From an uncultured Gemmatimonadales bacterium (GTDB lineage Bacteria; Gemmatimonadota; Gemmatimonadetes; Gemmatimonadales; GWC2-71-9): a DNA stretch of 64,000 nt. The stretch is from the NCBI GenBank assembly GCA_963844035.1, contig CAWJMT010000035.1:1-64000 (forward strand), in the 5' to 3' direction. Shown piece after piece: positions 59,727 through 64,000 of the stretch. The position numbers were made by a program, and so were the translations under genes. The notes under the pieces are model-generated. The model saw nothing but the letters and a program-made list of their open reading frames with translations. It searched no databases and had not been told where the DNA came from. The stretch's first letter is position 1. Each line of letters opens with the position of its first letter.

Positions 59727-60473
59727 GTGACGTCTGACAAGCGCTGGGCCCGCTTTCTTTTCGTGGTTGTTCTTCCCACACTTTTCCTCGCCCCAGCCGC
59801 CGCGGCGCAAATTGAGTTCACTCCCTACGTCGGCGCTTTCCTGCCGGCGGGGCGGGTCGTGGATGAGACCGAGAACCCGAGCACGATGTGCCTATTCTTC
59901 TACTTCAACCACCCCCCTGGTACGTGCTCGAACTTTGGGTACGTGAAGCAGAATGTTGCGCCGCTGGTAGGAGCGAGAGTCACTGCATGGATCGCCTCTC
60001 GCTGGGCTCTCGAGCTTGCGGGCTTCTACACTCGGAGCGGCACGTCGAGCCCCACCTTCGGCGACCAGTCGGCCACGGTGTACGGCGGTTCCGGGCGCGT
60101 TCTCTTTGCCCTCACACCGCGCCACGCGCGGACGTCTTTGTACGCACTTGCGGGACCGGTTGCCGTATGGCATACGGGCGTGACGTACGACTCGCTCGAC
60201 TACATCCGGTCGGTCTACGGGATGTCCACGAGGGCGGCCTATTGGGGCGCGGTGCTAGGCGTAGGGATACGGAGTGGCACCACCGCTCCCGTAGGATGGC
60301 GGATTGAATTCGAGGACAATTACTACGGGTTCCCAGGCCTCCTCACCCCCCACAAACAGCATGATTTCGTTGTGTCCGGGGGACTGAAGTTGGAAGTCGG
60401 TCATTCGCGACGCCGGACGCCGTCGCACCAATTCCGGCAATCCGCCAGGCGGCTGCCGGATACACATCCATGA
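59727..60473 (+). CDS. Outer-membrane beta-barrel-like protein
   Basis: Signal peptide AAAAQ-IEFTPYVG, alternating beta strands, HDFVVSGGL. Confidence 0.65.
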   Translation: MTSDKRWARFLFVVVLPTLFLAPAAAAQIEFTPYVGAFLPAGRVVDETENPSTMCLFFYFNHPPGTCSNFGYVKQNVAPLVGARVTAWIASRWALELAGFYTRSGTSSPTFGDQSATVYGGSGRVLFALTPRHARTSLYALAGPVAVWHTGVTYDSLDYIRSVYGMSTRAAYWGAVLGVGIRSGTTAPVGWRIEFEDNYYGFPGLLTPHKQHDFVVSGGLKLEVGHSRRRTPSHQFRQSARRLPDTHP

Positions 60474-60490
60474 CATCCAAGGACACGCTC

Positions 60491-60555
60491 CGCGAACAAG
60501 CGCGTGAGCTGGCGGCGCGGCCGCCACGAGGTAGAATTGCGTTTGTGCGCCCGTC
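60491..60555 (+). repeat. Isolated attC remnant (main family, left half)
   Basis: aacaagcgcgtgagctggcggcgcggcc...gaggtagaattgcgtttgtgcgcccgtc. Confidence 0.85.
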
Positions 60556-60606
60556 GGCGCTACTCCGGTTACACTTGTTGCTCGAGACGTTTATCACGGA
60601 GCACAC

Positions 60607-61419
60607 ATGCGCTGGATTCCCGGTAGCCGAAGCGAAAACCTTGAGGACCGCCGCGGCCAACGCTTCGGCGGTTTTGGCCGACTTGGCCTGGGGGGCGCGG
60701 TCATCGTCGTGGTTCTCAGCCTCGTGTTTGGGCGTGACTTCACCGGAATCTTGACTGATGGTGGGGACGTCGGCTCCCAGTCCGCTCCGGACGGGTCCGC
60801 GCCACCAGTCCAGTCCACGCCCCAGGAAGAACGCCTCGTCGACTTCGTCTCGTTCGTGCTGGACAGCGCGCAGGCCACCTGGGCCCGGATCCTGCCTCAG
60901 GAAGGCGTCGGCTATCGCCCCGCGAAGCTGGTGCTGTTCCGCGATGCGGTGCAATCCGCCTGTGGGTTCGGCCAGGCAGCCAGTGGGCCGTTCTACTGCC
61001 CTGGCGACGAAAAGGTGTACATCGACCTCGGCTTCTTCGAGGAGCTCAAGACCCGCTTCGGTGCGCCTGGCGATTTTGCACAGGCCTACGTTCTCGCCCA
61101 TGAGCTCGGCCACCACGTCCAGAACCTGCGCGGCACCATGGGCGCGGTGCGCGACAACCAACAGTCGGTCCAGATCGAGCTACAGGCTGACTGCCTTGCG
61201 GGCGTCTGGGGCTACCACGCGTCACGGCAGAACCTGCTCGAGCCCGGTGACGTGGACGAGGGCCTGGGTGCCGCAGCGGCGGTCGGCGATGATCGAGTGC
61301 AGGGCATGTCGACGGGCCGCGTGAGCCCCGAGAACTTCACCCACGGGTCGTCCGCCCAACGCATCGCCGCGTTCCGGCGCGGGCTCACGTCCGGCCGCGT
61401 GGCTGACTGCGGCCCCTAG
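60607..61419 (+). CDS. Neutral zinc metallopeptidase (YpfJ-like), copy 2
   Basis: Near-identical to 22314-23117, 9 nt longer. Confidence 0.92.
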   Translation: MRWIPGSRSENLEDRRGQRFGGFGRLGLGGAVIVVVLSLVFGRDFTGILTDGGDVGSQSAPDGSAPPVQSTPQEERLVDFVSFVLDSAQATWARILPQEGVGYRPAKLVLFRDAVQSACGFGQAASGPFYCPGDEKVYIDLGFFEELKTRFGAPGDFAQAYVLAHELGHHVQNLRGTMGAVRDNQQSVQIELQADCLAGVWGYHASRQNLLEPGDVDEGLGAAAAVGDDRVQGMSTGRVSPENFTHGSSAQRIAAFRRGLTSGRVADCGP

Positions 61420-61635
61420 AGTCCGCCGAAGCCCTTCGGCGCGACGATCGTCGCCCTCGGTGCGCCGGTGGGGGAAGACTCACGCTGGTAGAATGTGAAC
61501 GATGCTGGCAAGAGAACACGCGCAGCCTTGCAACACAGGCCCTCGCGCCCGCTAAATGGACTCGTCACCTCGCACAAGCTCGGCGCATCGTCGCAAACCG
61601 GGCCCTCGCGCTGACTAGGCGGACTCCTTACCGTG

Positions 61636-63662
61636 CTAAGCCGAGGCTGTCGTCCGGGGAACGGAACACCGCTCGAGGATGCCGCGCGCCACGTGATCCG
61701 CGATCGCCATGATCGTGATCATGGGATTGACGCCGCTCGAGGTGGGGAACGCACTGGCATCCGCCACATACAGCCCCCGCACAGTGTGAGACTCGCCGGT
61801 CTCCCCGACCACCGAGCGAGCGGGGTCGGCGCCCATGGCACAGCTCGCCATCTGATGGAACGTGATGTAGGACATGCGGCACTTGGTGTAGCCACGGTGG
61901 TCTAAGGCGTCGCCGAACCGCTCGAGCCAGCTGCGGCTCGCTCACCCGCGCACGGGCCGGCGGCGTCTGGAGCGAGAACAGCTCGGTGGCCCCGGCGGCG
62001 GCGAGCACCTGCGCCGCCCCCACGAGCCCCTGCCGCACGTTGGCCACGTCGCGGGGCGACAGCTCGTAGTGCACGCGCGGCCGCCCGTCGCGCCCCACCA
62101 CGACGCGTCCCGGATCGCGGTCGCGGAGCAGCACCCCCACGATGCTCACGTTCGCCAGACGGCTCAGGTCCTCGCGGTGACGGACGGCGCTCTCCCATCC
62201 GAACCCGCTGGCCGGCAGCGCGAAGTGGACCGGCGCCGTTTCGAACTTCACCCCGTATCCGTCGCCCAGATCCGCGAATTGGTCGGAGTAGCGGGTCTGC
62301 AGGGCGCCGGTCCACGGCTCCACCCGCTGCGGGAAAATGCCGGCGATCGCGGTGGCCGGATGCAGCCGCAGGCCGCGGCCGATGGCCGGTCATCGTCCAG
62401 GCCGGATCGCTGGAGCAGCGCGGGCGTGTTGATCGATCCGCACGCCGCCACGACAACGCCCGCGCGTACCGTGAGCTGATGGCGCGTGCCGCTCGAGCCG
62501 GTGACGACGCCCTCGATGCCCGTCGCGCGACCCGCCTCGACCCGGATGCGGAGCACATCGCAGTTGGGCACGAGCTGGGCGCCGGCACGCGCAGCCGCCG
62601 CCAGGTAGGTGCGGGCCGTGGAGTTCTTCGCGCCATGGCGGCAGCCGTAGCCGCAGTAGCCGCACTCGACGCCTTCCTTGCAGCCGGTGACGTTGCGCGG
62701 AATGACCCCCACGTGCCAGCCGAGGCTGTTGCACCCGCGCTCGAGTAACTGATCACGGATCCCCGGGGTGGTCCACTGCGTGCCAACGTTCAGGCGGCGC
62801 GCCACGTTGTCGAGCGAACGTTGCGAAACGGGGACTCGTGAACAGCGTGAGACCGGACAGCCGGTCCCATTCTGCGCGGATCTCGGGTGGCAGCGGGAAG
62901 CTCGTCGTGTAGTTGATCACGGTGCCGCCGCCGAGGCAGCTGCCGGCGAGGATCGGCAGCGATCCGTTCTGGGTCAGCATCAACCCGGAATCGAGGTAGT
63001 AGCGGGACAGCATGTCGCCTTCGACCTGGGTGAAGTCGCGCGAGCCCGGGTTGCCGCCCTTCTCGAGCACCACCACGCGCAGACCGGCCTCCGCCAGGAG
63101 GCCCGCCACCACGCCGCCGCCGGCTCCGGAGCCCACCACTACGACGTCGCAGTCGAGCACGGTATCCCGATCGATCGCGAGGGCCGGCAGTGGCTCGACG
63201 GCGGCAGGAGGGTCGGGCAGCGGTCCCGGGTATCCGGTCGCTTCCCACGCCGGGTGGCGACGACCTACCGGCCAGCAGTAGTGCGCGACGTGCACCAGCC
63301 GCTTGAGCGCCTGGAACCCGGCGCGCCGCAGCGTGAGGCGCGATCGGGAATAGCCCCGCAGCACCGCCTCGCGCTGCACCGCGGGCAGCGCGGTAAATGC
63401 GGCGAACGTTCCGGCGAACAACAGATTGACCAGGGGGTTGTCGAGCATGCGGAGCAGCAGCTTCAGGCGCTTCCGGTCCGCCGGGCTGGGCACGCTCTCG
63501 ATCAGCCGGGCGGCGCGATCCGACTGTGCCGGCCTGCCGTGCCCCGAGGGCGAAAAAGCCGCCGGGATCTTCCGGCCGTGGGATGGACGGGACGAGGGTC
63601 TCACATACCGCTTCTAAGACTCTCTGCTCTCGGGCGGACAGCCCCTCGTGCTCGTCCGCCAT
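61636..63662 (-). CDS. GMC family oxidoreductase (long-chain alcohol oxidase-like), frameshifted
   Basis: VVVGSGAGGG, GSCLGGGTVIN, CGYCGYGC, HQMASCAMG, PTSSGVNPMIT across frames. Confidence 0.88.
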
Positions 63663-63674
63663 GCTCGCTGGCCC

Positions 63675-64000
63675 TCAGTACCCGACTGCGCCGCCGCCGC
63701 GCCGGGGATCGGCCACGCCGACCCAACCGTCGGCGGTCTTCGCGATCGCATTGACGCCCGTCTTGTAGCGCCACTCGTGGATGGTGTGGCCCATCGCGGT
63801 CAGCGAGTCGAGCGATGCCTTGCACGAACCCGCTCTTGCTCCACGTACAGGAGATCGGGCAGTCCCTGATGATGCAGGCGCGGCGCGGCCACGGCATCGC
63901 GCAACGACATGCCTTGATCGATGACGTTGCTGATCACCTGGTACACTGCCGTCGTGATGCGCGAGCCGCCCGGCGAGCCCAGCACCATGAACAGCGCACC
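63675..64000 (-). CDS. ggt: Gamma-glutamyltransferase, 3' end (partial)
   Basis: LGSPGGSRIITA, APRLHHQ, GVADPRRGG. Confidence 0.88.
   Translation of the reverse strand, partial: CAVHGAGLAGRLAHHDGSVPGDQQRHRSRHVVARCRGRAAPASSGTARSPVRGARAGSCKASLDSLTAMGHTIHEWRYKTGVNAIAKTADGWVGVADPRRGGGAVGY

Noticed and set aside
8345..60754. Recurring peptide (KRVKLAAR..GRIAFVRP) in many ORFs as a protein repeat family
   Set aside because: It is simply the translation of the attC sequence.
61530..61626. Two-repeat mini-CRISPR or riboswitch
   Set aside because: There are only two divergent copies, no cas genes and no recognisable aptamer consensus.
37443..63662. Frameshifts in suhB, zincin, hsp20, priA, ccdA and GMC oxidoreductase as pseudogenes or programmed frameshifts
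   Set aside because: Scattered single-base indels in otherwise intact, sometimes essential genes are best explained by sequencing error.

Overview
A high-GC bacterial chromosome segment; the housekeeping gene set and order suggest Gemmatimonadota (inference, not verified). Scattered single-base indels in essential genes point to an error-prone long-read assembly. Layout: (i) 1-5460, membrane and transport genes ending in tRNA-Asn(GTT). (ii) ~5460-35000, an accessory island whose core is an integron cassette array with no integrase in the window (CALIN-like). It has 7 full-length attC sites (five from one 141-142 bp family) and about 10 truncated remnants. (iii) Inside that array, on the opposite strand, a translationally coupled three-gene operon matching the myxobacterial PomY-PomZ-PomX division-site positioning system, including the PomX N-terminal ATPase-activating peptide. 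This is the most striking observation. (iv) ~36000-59300, housekeeping genes (trpB2, suhB, trpS, pilT, purA, ypdA, glyQS, priA, fur, pdaD, ccdA). (v) ~59300-61600, a small satellite patch with an attC remnant and a diverged second copy of a ypfJ-like metallopeptidase, followed by a GMC oxidoreductase and the 3' end of ggt. All family assignments come from motif recognition, with no database search.
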